A stretch of 64,000 nucleotides of DNA from positions 2,649,318 through 2,713,317 of the forward strand of contig NZ_OZ253465.1 in NCBI RefSeq assembly GCF_965261555.1, in the 5' to 3' direction. This DNA is from Candidatus Palauibacter sp. (lineage in GTDB: Bacteria > Gemmatimonadota > Gemmatimonadetes > Palauibacterales > Palauibacteraceae). The position numbers and the translations under genes are program-made. Of the stretch, positions 21,519 to 31,700 are shown piece after piece. The stretch's first letter is position 1. Each line of letters begins with the position of its first letter. Under the pieces are notes generated by a model that did not search any database, was not told where the DNA came from, and saw only the letters and a program-made list of their open reading frames with translations.

Positions 21519-22501
21519 GCGAATTTGCGCTCCCCGGTTGGCCGTTCCTCCTCCTGCTGGCGCTGCTGCCGCTGGGGTGGGCCCTGATGAGCTCGGGCAG
21601 GATCCGTCTCCCGTATCCGGACATCGCCCGTCTCACCGTGTCCCGGGGTCGGGGACGGTTCTGGTGGTGGCTCCCGGCCGCCCTTCGCTCGCTCGCCCTC
21701 GCTCTCGTCATCATCACGCTCGTCAACCCCGTGCGGGTATGGGAGCGCGTGGAATCGGAGCGCGAGGGCGTCGCGATCATGCTGGCCGTCGATATCTCAA
21801 GCTCGATGCTGGCGGAGGATTTCCGTCCCGACAACCGCATCGAAGTCGCGAAGCGGGAGGTCATCCGCTTCGTGGAGGGAAGGGAGTCGGACTGGATCGG
21901 TCTCGTCTCCTTCGCCGGAGAGGCTCTCACGATGGTCCCGGGGACGCTGGATCACGCGGTCGTGGAGAGCGCGGTGGAGAGGCTTGAGGCGGGACAGCTC
22001 CGGGACGGGACGGCCATCGGCGTCGCGCTCGCCACGGCGGCGAACCGGCTCCGCGACCTGGAGCCGGAATCGCGCATCGTCGTCCTGCTCACCGACGGAG
22101 ACAACAACAGCGGCGGCATTTCGCCGGAAGAGGCGACGGCCGCGGCCGCCTCCCTCGGCATCCGCGTCTACACGATCGGCGTCGGCCGCGACGGGGTCGC
22201 CCCCGTGCCCGTGGCCCGAACCGCCTTCGGATACCAGTACGCGAATATCCGCGTCCACGTGAACGACGAACTCCTCGATCGCATGGCGACCCGCACGGGA
22301 GGCATCTACTTCCGCGCGACCGATCCCGAGGGACTGACGCGGATCTACGAACGGATCAACGAACTCGAGACCACCCCGATCAAGGAAGTGCGGACGGAGG
22401 AGAGGGTCGGGATGCGCCGGGAACTTCTCATCGCGGCACTCGCGCTCGTCATGCTCGAACTCCTCCTGGCGGCGACACGCTCCCGCCGGGTCTGGGCCTG
22501 A
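21515..22501 (+). CDS. VWA domain protein, BatA-like
   Basis: N-terminal TMs, MIDAS DISSSM, GTAIG, LLTDGDNN, VYTIGVG, TGG.YFRA. Confidence 0.9.
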   Translation: MSEFALPGWPFLLLLALLPLGWALMSSGRIRLPYPDIARLTVSRGRGRFWWWLPAALRSLALALVIITLVNPVRVWERVESEREGVAIMLAVDISSSMLAEDFRPDNRIEVAKREVIRFVEGRESDWIGLVSFAGEALTMVPGTLDHAVVESAVERLEAGQLRDGTAIGVALATAANRLRDLEPESRIVVLLTDGDNNSGGISPEEATAAAASLGIRVYTIGVGRDGVAPVPVARTAFGYQYANIRVHVNDELLDRMATRTGGIYFRATDPEGLTRIYERINELETTPIKEVRTEERVGMRRELLIAALALVMLELLLAATRSRRVWA

Positions 22502-22503
22502 CC

Positions 22504-23493
22504 GTGGCCCCGCTCCCCGTCGCCCTCCTGCTCGGAGCGCTGGCCATCGGACTCAGGCTGCTCGCCTCGCGGCGGTCGAGCGCCGACCGCGAGAAACTCG
22601 CCGAAACGTCGCTGCTCGAGCGCTACGTGCGGCTGCCGGCCCACGCCCTTCCCCCCCTTCGGCTGGCCCTGCTCGGAGCGGGCGTCGTCGCACTCGCGCT
22701 CGCCTCCGGTTCCGGCGGGGCGGAGGCCCGGCGTCTCGACGAAGGGGGAGCGGAAACGATCCTGGTGCTCGACGCGTCGAATTCGATGCTGGCGGGCGAT
22801 GTCGAGCCGAGCCGGCTTGAGGTGCAGCGGCAACTGGCCGCCCACCTCGCGACGCGCACGGAGGGTCGGATGGGCGTCGTCTACTTCGCGGGCCGCGCGT
22901 ACGTGCTCTCACCGCTGACGACGGATATGAGCGCGATCGAGATGCTGGCGGAGGGCGTGCGACCCGCGGCGGTGGGGCTCGGCGGGTCCTCGCTCGCCTC
23001 CGGCCTCACGCAGGCGATCGATCTGCTCGCCGGCGGAGAGGAGGGCGCGCGCAAGTCGATCGTGGTCTTCTCCGATGGCGAGGAAACCGCTGGCGCGCCC
23101 TTGGGTGAGGCGATCGGGCGGGCCCGGGACGCGGGGGTCGTCATCCATGCCGTGGGGATCGGAACCGAACTCGGAGGGCAGATTCCCCTGACGCGGGAGG
23201 CTTCGCTGGACCCGACGATGGCCGCGCGACGGCGGGGCGGCGCCTCGGTGCTCCAGGGGCCGGACGGGAGCCCCGTCATCACGCGGCTGGACGCCGCGTC
23301 GCTGAGGCAGATGTCTCTCGGCACCGGCGGCCGCTATGTTGACGGCGCGGACGGGATCGACGCGATCGAGCGGGAACTGGCGCAGGGCGGCCGGGAACCC
23401 CTGACGTCGACCGACGACGCGGCCGTAGCGGCGTTGCTTCTGCTCGCCTTCGTCAGCCTCTGGGGAGAAGGGTTCCTGTTGCCACGTGGTTGA
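22504..23493 (+). CDS. VWA domain protein, BatB-like
   Basis: LDASNSMLAGDVEPSRL, FAGRA...PLTTD, FSDGEE, VGIGT. Confidence 0.85.
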   Translation: MAPLPVALLLGALAIGLRLLASRRSSADREKLAETSLLERYVRLPAHALPPLRLALLGAGVVALALASGSGGAEARRLDEGGAETILVLDASNSMLAGDVEPSRLEVQRQLAAHLATRTEGRMGVVYFAGRAYVLSPLTTDMSAIEMLAEGVRPAAVGLGGSSLASGLTQAIDLLAGGEEGARKSIVVFSDGEETAGAPLGEAIGRARDAGVVIHAVGIGTELGGQIPLTREASLDPTMAARRRGGASVLQGPDGSPVITRLDAASLRQMSLGTGGRYVDGADGIDAIERELAQGGREPLTSTDDAAVAALLLLAFVSLWGEGFLLPRG

Positions 23494-24196
23494 ATCGACG
23501 CGGAGGGTTGCGATCTTCGGGCTCGCGGCGGCGGCCGCCTCGCTCGCGGCGTTTGCCGGGGGCGGGCCGCAGGCCGCGCCGGGTCAGGCGGCCGGCCAGG
23601 CCGGCGCCGGCGAACCGCAGGCGTCCGAATCCGAGGCCGTCGCACGCTACCGGGAGCGAGCCGCTTCCTCAGACCGCCCGATCGACCACTACAACTATGG
23701 GACGGCTCTCCTCCATGACGGACAGGTCGCGGAGGCGCAGGCCCCCCTTGAACTCTCGATCGGCAGCGAGCGGGACGAGGTGCGCGAGAGCGCCTTCTAC
23801 AACCTCGGACTCAGCACGGCCCTCGACGGCCGTTTCGCCCAGAGCGACCCCTCGGCGCGCCGGAACGCCCTCCAGGCGGCGCGCGAAGCCTTCCGCGAGG
23901 TCCTCCGCCGCCGCGTGGACGATGAAGACGCGCGCTGGAACCTCGAACTCGTGGAGCGCTGGCTCGAGGAGGAGGGGGAGAGCGGCGGCGATGAGCAGCA
24001 GGGCGGGCAGGGACAGTCTCCGCAGGGGGCCGGCGCCGGTGCCGCCGCGGCCGCGGGCTCCGGCGAGATGGAGATGCTCTCGCCCGAACAGGCGGCGGCG
24101 CTTCTCGAGCAGGCGGGGGACGCGGAAGCGGCGATTCGCGACCGCGTGATGGGCCGCAACCGTTTCCAGGATCCCGTCGTGGAGCGGAACTGGTAG
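23486..24196 (+). CDS. TPR protein, BatC-like
   Basis: YNYG/YNLG TPR motifs, DARWNLE, Q/G-rich linker, C-terminal VERNW. Confidence 0.8.
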   Translation: MVESTRRVAIFGLAAAAASLAAFAGGGPQAAPGQAAGQAGAGEPQASESEAVARYRERAASSDRPIDHYNYGTALLHDGQVAEAQAPLELSIGSERDEVRESAFYNLGLSTALDGRFAQSDPSARRNALQAAREAFREVLRRRVDDEDARWNLELVERWLEEEGESGGDEQQGGQGQSPQGAGAGAAAAAGSGEMEMLSPEQAAALLEQAGDAEAAIRDRVMGRNRFQDPVVERNW

Positions 24197-24239
24197 GAAT
24201 CCCTGCGAGACGCCTCGCGTCGCCATAGCTTCGGTCGCC

Positions 24240-25301
24240 ATGAACTCGCCCTCGGCCGAAGCGGCCCGCCTGACCCAGTACTCTCACGGAGCCGGCTGAG
24301 CGTGCAAGCTCGGCCCGGAGGATCTGGGCCGCATCCTGCAGCACGTTCCGCTCGTTCCCGATGACCGGCTCCTCGTGGGACTCGAGGGTCCGGACGACGC
24401 CGCGGTGTATCTGCTCGACGACGGGGAAGCCATCGTCGCGAGCCTCGATTTCTTCACTCCGCTCGTGGACGATCCGGCGGACTTCGGCGCCATCGCGGCC
24501 GCGAACGCGCTCGGCGACCTGTACGCCATGCGGGCCCGCCCCATCTTCGCGCTCAACATCCTCGCGGTTCCGGCCGGAACGCTCTCGGACGAGATCGTGG
24601 GCGCGATCCTCCGCGGCGCGGGGGAAGTGTGCCGCGAGGCGGGGATCGCCGTGGCGGGGGGACACTCGATCGACGACGCGGAGCCGAAGTTCGGACTGGT
24701 GGCCATCGGACTCGGTGATCCCGATCGCCTGTGGAGGAAGGGCGGTGCGCGGCCGGGGGATGCGCTCGTGCTCGGCAAGGCGCTCGGAACGGGTGTCGTC
24801 ACGACGGGGCTCAAGCGCGGCGTGACGGACCCCGCCGATCTCCGCGTCGCCGTCGATTCCATGCGGCAGCTCAACCGGGAGGCGGCGGCCGTCCTCTCCG
24901 GCTTCGACGTTCACGCGGCCACCGACGTCACCGGCTTCGGGCTCCTCGGCCACCTGCTCGAGATGTGCGGCGCCTCGGACGCGAGCGCCCGGATCCAGGC
25001 CTCGGCGCCGCAACTCCTCCCCGGAGCGCTGCGCCTCGCAGGGGAGGGATGCGTCCCGGGCGGCACGACACGGAACCGGGACGCCTACGCGTCGCAGGTG
25101 CGGTGGGATGACGCGGTCGCCGAAGACCTGCGGACCCTCCTTCTCGACCCGCAGACATCGGGTGGGCTGCTGGCGGCCGTCCCCGCGGGCGAGGCGTCAT
25201 CCGCATCGTCCGCGCTCGCCGCTGCGGGCTACGCCTCCGCCGTGATCGGAGAGGTCATCGAGCGGGACGGTCCCGAGGTCGGGGTCGAGGTCGCACCGTG
25301 A
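24240..25301 (+). CDS. selD: Selenide, water dikinase (selenocysteine-containing; UGA at 24297-24299)
   Basis: MNSPSAEAARLTQYSHGAG-U-ACKL, then DDAAVY, DFFTPLVDDP..FG.IAAANA, GGHSI, TDVTGFGLLGHL, DPQTSGGLL. Confidence 0.95.
24300..24345 (+). promoter_or_regulatory. Putative bacterial SECIS element
   Basis: Upper stem CGGCCCGGA/TCTGGGCCG (24311-24331) with a GGA loop starts 11 nt after the UGA; lower stem CGTGC/GCACG. Confidence 0.75.
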
Positions 25302-25345
25302 TCGCGCCGCGGAGGCGCGGCCATCCCGTGGCGGCCGCCGGGACG

Positions 25346-25374
25346 TTGGTCCGAAGCGTCGCGGCGCGTACGTT
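25346..25374 (+). promoter_or_regulatory. Putative sigma-70 promoter of the tRNA
   Basis: TTGGTC-N17-TACGTT, 13 nt upstream of the tRNA. Confidence 0.5.
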
Positions 25375-25387
25375 TCACGCTCCGTCC

Positions 25388-25461
25388 GGGCCCGTAGCTC
25401 AGCTGGTTAGAGCAGGGGACTCATAATCCCAAGGTCGCAGGTTCGAATCCTGCCGGGCCCA
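25388..25461 (+). tRNA. tRNA with CAU anticodon, probably tRNA-Ile2 (lysidine); CCA not encoded
   Basis: Cloverleaf: acceptor GGGCCCG/CGGGCCC-A, D arm GCTC..GAGC, anticodon loop CTCATAA, T arm GCAGG-TTCGAAT-CCTGC. G1-C72 is paired, so it is not the initiator. Confidence 0.93.
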
Positions 25462-25521
25462 TCTTCAGAATCCCCGAGTCCCTACGCGCAGTTCCACCAC
25501 CGAGGAAGCAAGGAGTCGTCC

Positions 25522-28500
25522 ATGCGGCCATGCCGGGTTCCGGTCTCCCGACGCGGGTCCACCCTTCTGTTCGCCGTGATCACGCTGTGCTGTGCCGCCG
25601 CGGCGGACGCGGCCGCGCAGGCCCAGGCGACCACCGGCGTCATCCGCGGGGTTGTCCGCGATCCCGTGGGAGCGCCCGTCGCCGGCGCCGCCGTGATCAT
25701 CGAGCACCGCGCGACCGGCTTCGCGACGACCGTCGTGACGGGCTCCAACGGGGCGTTCGTGCGGACGCTCCTGCCGCTGGGGGTCTATGATGTTACCGCC
25801 CGGGCCGTGGGCCAGTTCGGCGACGAGCGTACCGAGGGGCTCGTACTCCGGGTGGGAGAGGTCGTCGACCTCGTACTCGAATTCAGGCCCGTCGCCGTGG
25901 CCGAGCTCACCGTGACCGCGGACCGGACGCCGCTCGTCGACACCGAGGACTCGTCGAGTTCCCACCGGCTCGCCGAGGAGGTCGTCGACAACCTGCCCAA
26001 CAACGGTCGCAACTTCCTCGACTACACGCTCCTCACGCCGGGCGTCTCCGTCTCGCAGGGTCCGGACGGCGAGGTCCTCAACATCGGAGGACAGCGGGGG
26101 ATCTTCAACAACGTTTCCGTGGACGGAGCGGACTTCAACAACCCCTTCTTCGGCGAGCAGCGGGGCGGCCAGCGACCCGCCTTCACCTTCAACCAGGACG
26201 CGATCGAAGAAATCGTCGTCGTGAACCAGGGGGCGTCCGCGGAGTTCGGGCGCTCCGCGGGAGGCTTCGTGAACGTCGTCACGAAGTCGGGCACGAACGA
26301 GTTCACGGGCTCCGCGCACTATTTCGGCCAGTGGGACGCGATCTCCACGGCCTACCCGAGCGAGCGCGGGGGCGGAAAGCCCGAGTTCGGACGCGGCCAG
26401 TTCGGCTTCACCTTCGGCGGCCCGATCGTGCGAGACAAGGCGTTTTTCTTCGTCGCCTACGACCAGCAGGAAGCGAACGAGACGAAGCAGTTCACGCGCA
26501 ACGTCGTGAACCGGTCCGAACTCGATAAGCTGGAGAGCTTCCTTCACGCACAGTGGCCCGGTCTGTTCGATGAAGAGTTCGGCCCGATCCACCGCACCGA
26601 CGACAACCGCGCGCTCGTCGCGAAGCTCGATTTCAACCTCAGCGACCGCCACCAGGCGTCCTTCAAGTACAACTATACCTGGTCCCAGCAGGTGAACGGG
26701 ACATTCGACGTGGATTCCTGGGGGCTCAGCGCCAACGGCCTGGAGGAGGACTTCTCCCACGCGATCAACGCGAGCCTCAGATCGCAGCTCTCCAACACCG
26801 TCTCCAACGAGTTCCGCTTCCAGTACGCGCGCGAGGACCGGCCCCGGGGCTACGACGGACCCCTGCTCCCGGGCTCCGCCCCGCCGCCGCAGCCGGCTTT
26901 CTCCGCGATCGGCGGCCGCCCCTTCCCGGACATCGCGATGGACTTCGCGGACGGGTTCCGCATCGGGATGCCCTTCTTCCTCCCCATCGACCCGGGCTAC
27001 GACACCCGCGTCCAGCTCGTCGACAACCTCTCCTTCCTCGCGGGGGACCACCTGCTAAAGGTCGGCGTCGAGTACAACCGGACGGGGGTCGGCCAGCAGT
27101 TCATCGGCTTCGCGAACGGGCTCTACAAGTTCTCCTCCGTCGACGGATTCATGAACTTCGTCACGCAGGGGAACCGGTACGTCACCTGCTCCGACGGTTC
27201 CGACAGCGCGGAAGGCGTCTGTCCGCCGGGAACCGCGATCACCGGCCCCGTGCTCCTCTACCTGCAGGCCCTCACGCTGGGGAACACCCCGGCCGACCAG
27301 CTGGGTCTGCAGGACTTCTCGATGCACGAACTCGGGCTCTTCATCCAGGACACATGGCGCCCGCGCGACAACCTCACCCTGAACCTGGGCGTGCGCTGGG
27401 AAGGGTCGTGGCACCCGGGGATGTTCATCGAGCCCGGGGACACCTTCTACGGACCATGGATCGGGACCTCGGGCTTCCCGTCGGACGGGACGATTCCGGA
27501 CGACCTCGACAACTTCCAGCCGCGCTTCGGGCTCGCCTGGGATCCACGGGACGATGGGCGCACCCTCGTCCGCCTGAACGCCGGGTCCTACTTCTCGCGC
27601 ATCCCGATGCTGGTGTTCGCGCAGCACCGGACGACGAACGGCGCCTTCCAGGGCACGCAGTTCGCGGCCAGCGACGCGACCTTCCTTCCGCCGCCGCCGC
27701 AGATCGGGGAGTTCCTGACGCCGCCACCGCCGGGTACGCCGCCCTTCCAGCCGGGTGTGAATATCGCGGACCGCAACCTCGAACTGCCGCTGACCTGGTC
27801 CTTCAACGTCGCCGTGGAGCAGGCGCTGAGCGAGAACGCGGCGGTGACGCTTTCGCTGCAGCACGCCCGCACGGACAACCTGTTCCGCTTTGTGGACCGG
27901 AATGCGGCGGAACTCGGCGCGCCCTTCGCCGAGGGGGCCAGCGCGCTGGGGACGGTCACCGTGACGGAGAGCAGCGCCCGCTCCCGCTACAACGCGATCA
28001 CGCTCGGACTGCGCGGGGAGGCCGCGCTCGACGGAAGGCTGAGTTTCGACGCGAACTACACGCTGGGCTTCGACAGGTCGGACGACGATAACGAACGGGA
28101 CCCGTTTAACTTCTTCTATGCGACCGCAACCGATTTCGAGCCCGAGTACAACTGGTCGATCCGGGACCGGCGGCACCAGCTGACCGGTTTCGCGCTTTTC
28201 GATCTCGGGCGCGGGATCGTCCTCAACCACGTCTTCAGATACCTCTCCGCATCGCCGATGTCGGAGAGTTGCGGCCCGACCGCGGCGAATCCTCTCGCGG
28301 CCCCCGCGGGTCAGCGCGCGGGAGCCCCGGGGGACCGCGTGTGCGCCGATGGCTCCGTTCTCAGGCGCAACACGCTCCGGCGCGAGAACGACTTCTTCAC
28401 ATGGGATCTGCGACTCTCGAAGGCCTTCGATGTCGGGGGCGGGCGCACGGTCGAGCCGATTCTGGAGGTCTTCAATCTGACGGGCGCCGACAACTTCCTC

Positions 28501-28602
28501 GACACCGCGCAGACCGGTCTCCTGTTCAACTTCGACGGCACCATCCGGAGCGGCCTCGGCGACACGCGGCGGGCTCAACTCGGGATCCGCGTCCGCTTCT
28601 AG
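25522..28602 (+). CDS. TonB-dependent receptor (Oar-like, N-terminal carboxypeptidase-regulatory-like domain)
   Basis: Signal peptide, GVIRGVVRDP, LPNNGRNF, SAEFGRSAGG..N..TKSGTNEF.G, FIQDTW, FQPRFG.AWD, C-terminal RVRF. Confidence 0.9.
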   Translation: MRPCRVPVSRRGSTLLFAVITLCCAAAADAAAQAQATTGVIRGVVRDPVGAPVAGAAVIIEHRATGFATTVVTGSNGAFVRTLLPLGVYDVTARAVGQFGDERTEGLVLRVGEVVDLVLEFRPVAVAELTVTADRTPLVDTEDSSSSHRLAEEVVDNLPNNGRNFLDYTLLTPGVSVSQGPDGEVLNIGGQRGIFNNVSVDGADFNNPFFGEQRGGQRPAFTFNQDAIEEIVVVNQGASAEFGRSAGGFVNVVTKSGTNEFTGSAHYFGQWDAISTAYPSERGGGKPEFGRGQFGFTFGGPIVRDKAFFFVAYDQQEANETKQFTRNVVNRSELDKLESFLHAQWPGLFDEEFGPIHRTDDNRALVAKLDFNLSDRHQASFKYNYTWSQQVNGTFDVDSWGLSANGLEEDFSHAINASLRSQLSNTVSNEFRFQYAREDRPRGYDGPLLPGSAPPPQPAFSAIGGRPFPDIAMDFADGFRIGMPFFLPIDPGYDTRVQLVDNLSFLAGDHLLKVGVEYNRTGVGQQFIGFANGLYKFSSVDGFMNFVTQGNRYVTCSDGSDSAEGVCPPGTAITGPVLLYLQALTLGNTPADQLGLQDFSMHELGLFIQDTWRPRDNLTLNLGVRWEGSWHPGMFIEPGDTFYGPWIGTSGFPSDGTIPDDLDNFQPRFGLAWDPRDDGRTLVRLNAGSYFSRIPMLVFAQHRTTNGAFQGTQFAASDATFLPPPPQIGEFLTPPPPGTPPFQPGVNIADRNLELPLTWSFNVAVEQALSENAAVTLSLQHARTDNLFRFVDRNAAELGAPFAEGASALGTVTVTESSARSRYNAITLGLRGEAALDGRLSFDANYTLGFDRSDDDNERDPFNFFYATATDFEPEYNWSIRDRRHQLTGFALFDLGRGIVLNHVFRYLSASPMSESCGPTAANPLAAPAGQRAGAPGDRVCADGSVLRRNTLRRENDFFTWDLRLSKAFDVGGGRTVEPILEVFNLTGADNFLDTAQTGLLFNFDGTIRSGLGDTRRAQLGIRVRF

Positions 28603-28624
28603 CGGTCCGAGCGCCGCCGCTTTT
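28601..28624 (+). terminator. Weak intrinsic terminator
   Basis: AGCGGT...GCCGCT stem followed by TTT. Confidence 0.35.
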
Positions 28625-28763
28625 CCGGGGTCCCCTTTACGACGATTCTGTGCGGATGTATAAATCGTGGAACGTTTAAGTTATGTTGGACCGTGGAACG
28701 AGTTGAAGGAACCGGAAGCGGACCGTTCGGTCGTTTCCGACCCTCCAGCCCAAGGAGTGCCGC

Positions 28764-31700
28764 ATGAAAGGCATCGCTTGTCGCACTATCGGAGCATGGG
28801 GAGCCGCCGTCTTCGCGCTCGCCTGCCTCGCACCGGGCCTGAGTGGCCAGGGTGCGGGCAGCATCGCGGGCCAGGTGACGGAAGAGGGCTCCCTCCGACC
28901 GCTGTCGTCCGTGCAGGTGTTCATTGAAGGCACCGGCATCGGGACGTTTACGAACGCCAGCGGAGACTTCGTACTGCTCAACGTACCCGCCGGCGAGCAG
29001 ACGCTTACGGTTCGCCTGGTCGGCTATCGCCAGGCTTCCGAGACCGTGACCGTCGCCGCCGGCGAGACCGAGACGGTCGACTTCGCCCTCATCGTCACCG
29101 CGGTCCAGATGGACGAGATCGTCGTGACGGGGACCGGCGTCGCGACGGAGAAACGCAGGCTCGGCCACACGATCGCGACGCTGGATGCGGCGGAACTCGA
29201 GAACGCGCCGATCTCCGACTTCAGCCAGTTCATCGCGGGCCGCGAACCCGGCGTCGTGGCGCTGCCCTCTTCGGGCTACACCGGCGAGGGCGCCCGAATC
29301 CGCATCCGCGGGTCGGCGTCGTTGTCGCAGCTGAACGAACCGATCGTCTACGTTGACGGAATCCGCGTGGACCGCTCCGCCGTGCAGAACTTCAACGGGC
29401 AGGGGAACCCCTCCCGCCTCGACGACATCCCGCCCGAATCCATCGAGCGCGTCGAGATCCTGAAGGGCGCCGCGGCCGCGACGCTTTACGGGACGGAGGC
29501 CTCGAACGGCGTGATCCAGATCTTCACGAAGCGGGGCAACATCGGAACGCCGCGCTTCACGCTGCGGGCCGACCTGACCGGGATCTCCGTGCCGACGAAC
29601 CGCATTCTGCCGCTCGCGGACTTCGCCGGCCGGGCCTGCTCGAGTCCCGGATGCACGGGAGACGGCGACGCGCAGCGGCTGGCGGATGCCGTCAGCCTGA
29701 TGTCGAACCGCTGGGGAGAGTCCGTGTCGCCCTGGACCCCGGTCGAGCGCGACCTGATTCCCGATCTGCTCACCACCGGATTTGGCCAGACGTACTCCGG
29801 ATCCCTCCAGGGTGGAACGAGCGTCTTCCAGTACTTCGCCTCCGGGCGCCTCGCCACCGAGGACGGCCCGTACGACGCGGCGCAGAACTTCGATCCGGTG
29901 GAGGGGCTGGACCCCGAGAACGACACCAACCGCCGCGCATCGATCCACACCAACTTCACGCTGATCCCGAGCAGCGACCTGCGCATCGGCGTGACGACGC
30001 TCTATTCGGACATGGAGCACCACACGCCCGACAACTCGAACAACATCTACGGCGTGTTCTCATCGGCGCTCATGTCGCAGCTTCGGCTCGCCAACAACGA
30101 CCCGGAGCTCGGGGCCGTCAACTATTACGGCCAGCCGGCGTTCGCCACGCTGCGCGAGAACGCCTACCAGCTGAACTTCGTGAACTCGCAGCACTTCGCG
30201 GGATCCGCGAACATCGACTTCTCGCCGACCGAAGCGTTCAACCTCAACGGAACCTTCGGCATCGACTTCACGTCCGACGACGCGGTGAGCTTCCGGCCCT
30301 ATCGGTGGAACGTGGACGGCTTCTCGGGCGCGACCCCCGAGGGGAACCGGAACGTCAACGAGAATCGCAGCCGGGAAATCACGGCCGACATCAAGGGCTC
30401 CTACGTCTTCAGCACCGACCGGATCGAGAACACGCTGCTCTTCGGCGGCCAGGGATTCCTGCGCCAGGCGCAGTCGGCAGGCGGTAGCGGACGCGACTTC
30501 CCCGGCCCCGGCCTGGAGACGCTTTCGGCGCTGGGTTCCGAGTCCTCGTTCGAGAACTGGCTGCGGGTGACGCAGCTCGGCGGCTACGTGCAGGACCAGA
30601 TCGGATACGACAACTGGCTCTTCCTCACGGTGGGGGCGCGCTGGGATGCCAACTCGGCGTTCGGTGAGGCCTTCAACACCGCCTTCTACCCGAAGGCCAA
30701 CTTCGCCATCGTCCCGAGCGAACAGTGGGACAGCGAGGTCTTCTCGTCGATGCGGATCAAGGGTGCCTACGGTACGTCGGGGTTGCAGCCGGGCGCCTTC
30801 GACAAGTTCACGACGTTCTCGTCGCTGGGCACCGAGGTGGGTCCCGGCGTCCAGCCGTCGAATCTCGGCAACGAACAGTTGAAGCCCGAGGTGTCCACGG
30901 AGCTGGAGTTCGGGATCGACCTGGGTCTCTTCAACGACCGGTGGTCGGTCGAGGCGACCTGGTGGGATCGCACGGTCACCGACGCCATGGTGGCGCGGCA
31001 GTTCCCGGTCACGGGCGGATTCACGCAGACCCAGCTCGACAACATCGGCGAAGTGCTCGCCTCCGGTATCGAGTTCGGGATCCGCGGCAACCTGATCCAG
31101 GCGCGGGACATCTCGCTCAACGTCTTCGCGAACACGGCGTTCCTCTCCGAGGAGATCTCCGACATGGGGGGAGCGCCTCCGCTCAAGACCGGCGGCAGCT
31201 ACCCGCGCTACCGCAACTACCTGGTCGAGGGCTTCACGCCGGGCGCCTTCTTCGGTGCCCGGGTCGCCGATGTGGCGATCCCGCTGAACATTCTCGATCC
31301 GGTCGACGGCCAGTGCGTCGTGCCGACGCGCGATCAGGCGCTTGCGTACTTCAGTCAGCCGCGCAACCCCAACAGCTTCAAGCCGCTTGCGATCGGCAAC
31401 GAGGACTTCGGGGTCCCCAACGGCGAGCTGGCGTCGCACAACTGCGGAACCGGATTGCTCGACACGCACCTCGGCAACCCGACCCCGGACTACGCGGGCT
31501 CCTTCGGCTTCGACCTTGCGTTCCTGGGCAACTTCCAGCTGACGACGCTCATGGAGTACAAGTTCGGCCACCAGGTGCAGGATCTCTCGGGCATGTTCCG
31601 GCGCGCCAACAACTTCATCGGGCGCAACACGCCGCGCTCGGCGGAGCTGTACTCCACGATGCTGAACCCGGGCTCCTCGGCGGACGAGCGGCTTGATGCG

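Noticed and set aside
24196-24240. Functional link between the Bat operon and selD
   Set aside because: Adjacency only. selD has its own promoter-like sequence in the 43-nt gap.
28603-28763. Cobalamin or TPP riboswitch upstream of the TonB receptors
   Set aside because: No B12-box or TPP core motifs recognised, and the intergenic regions are short.
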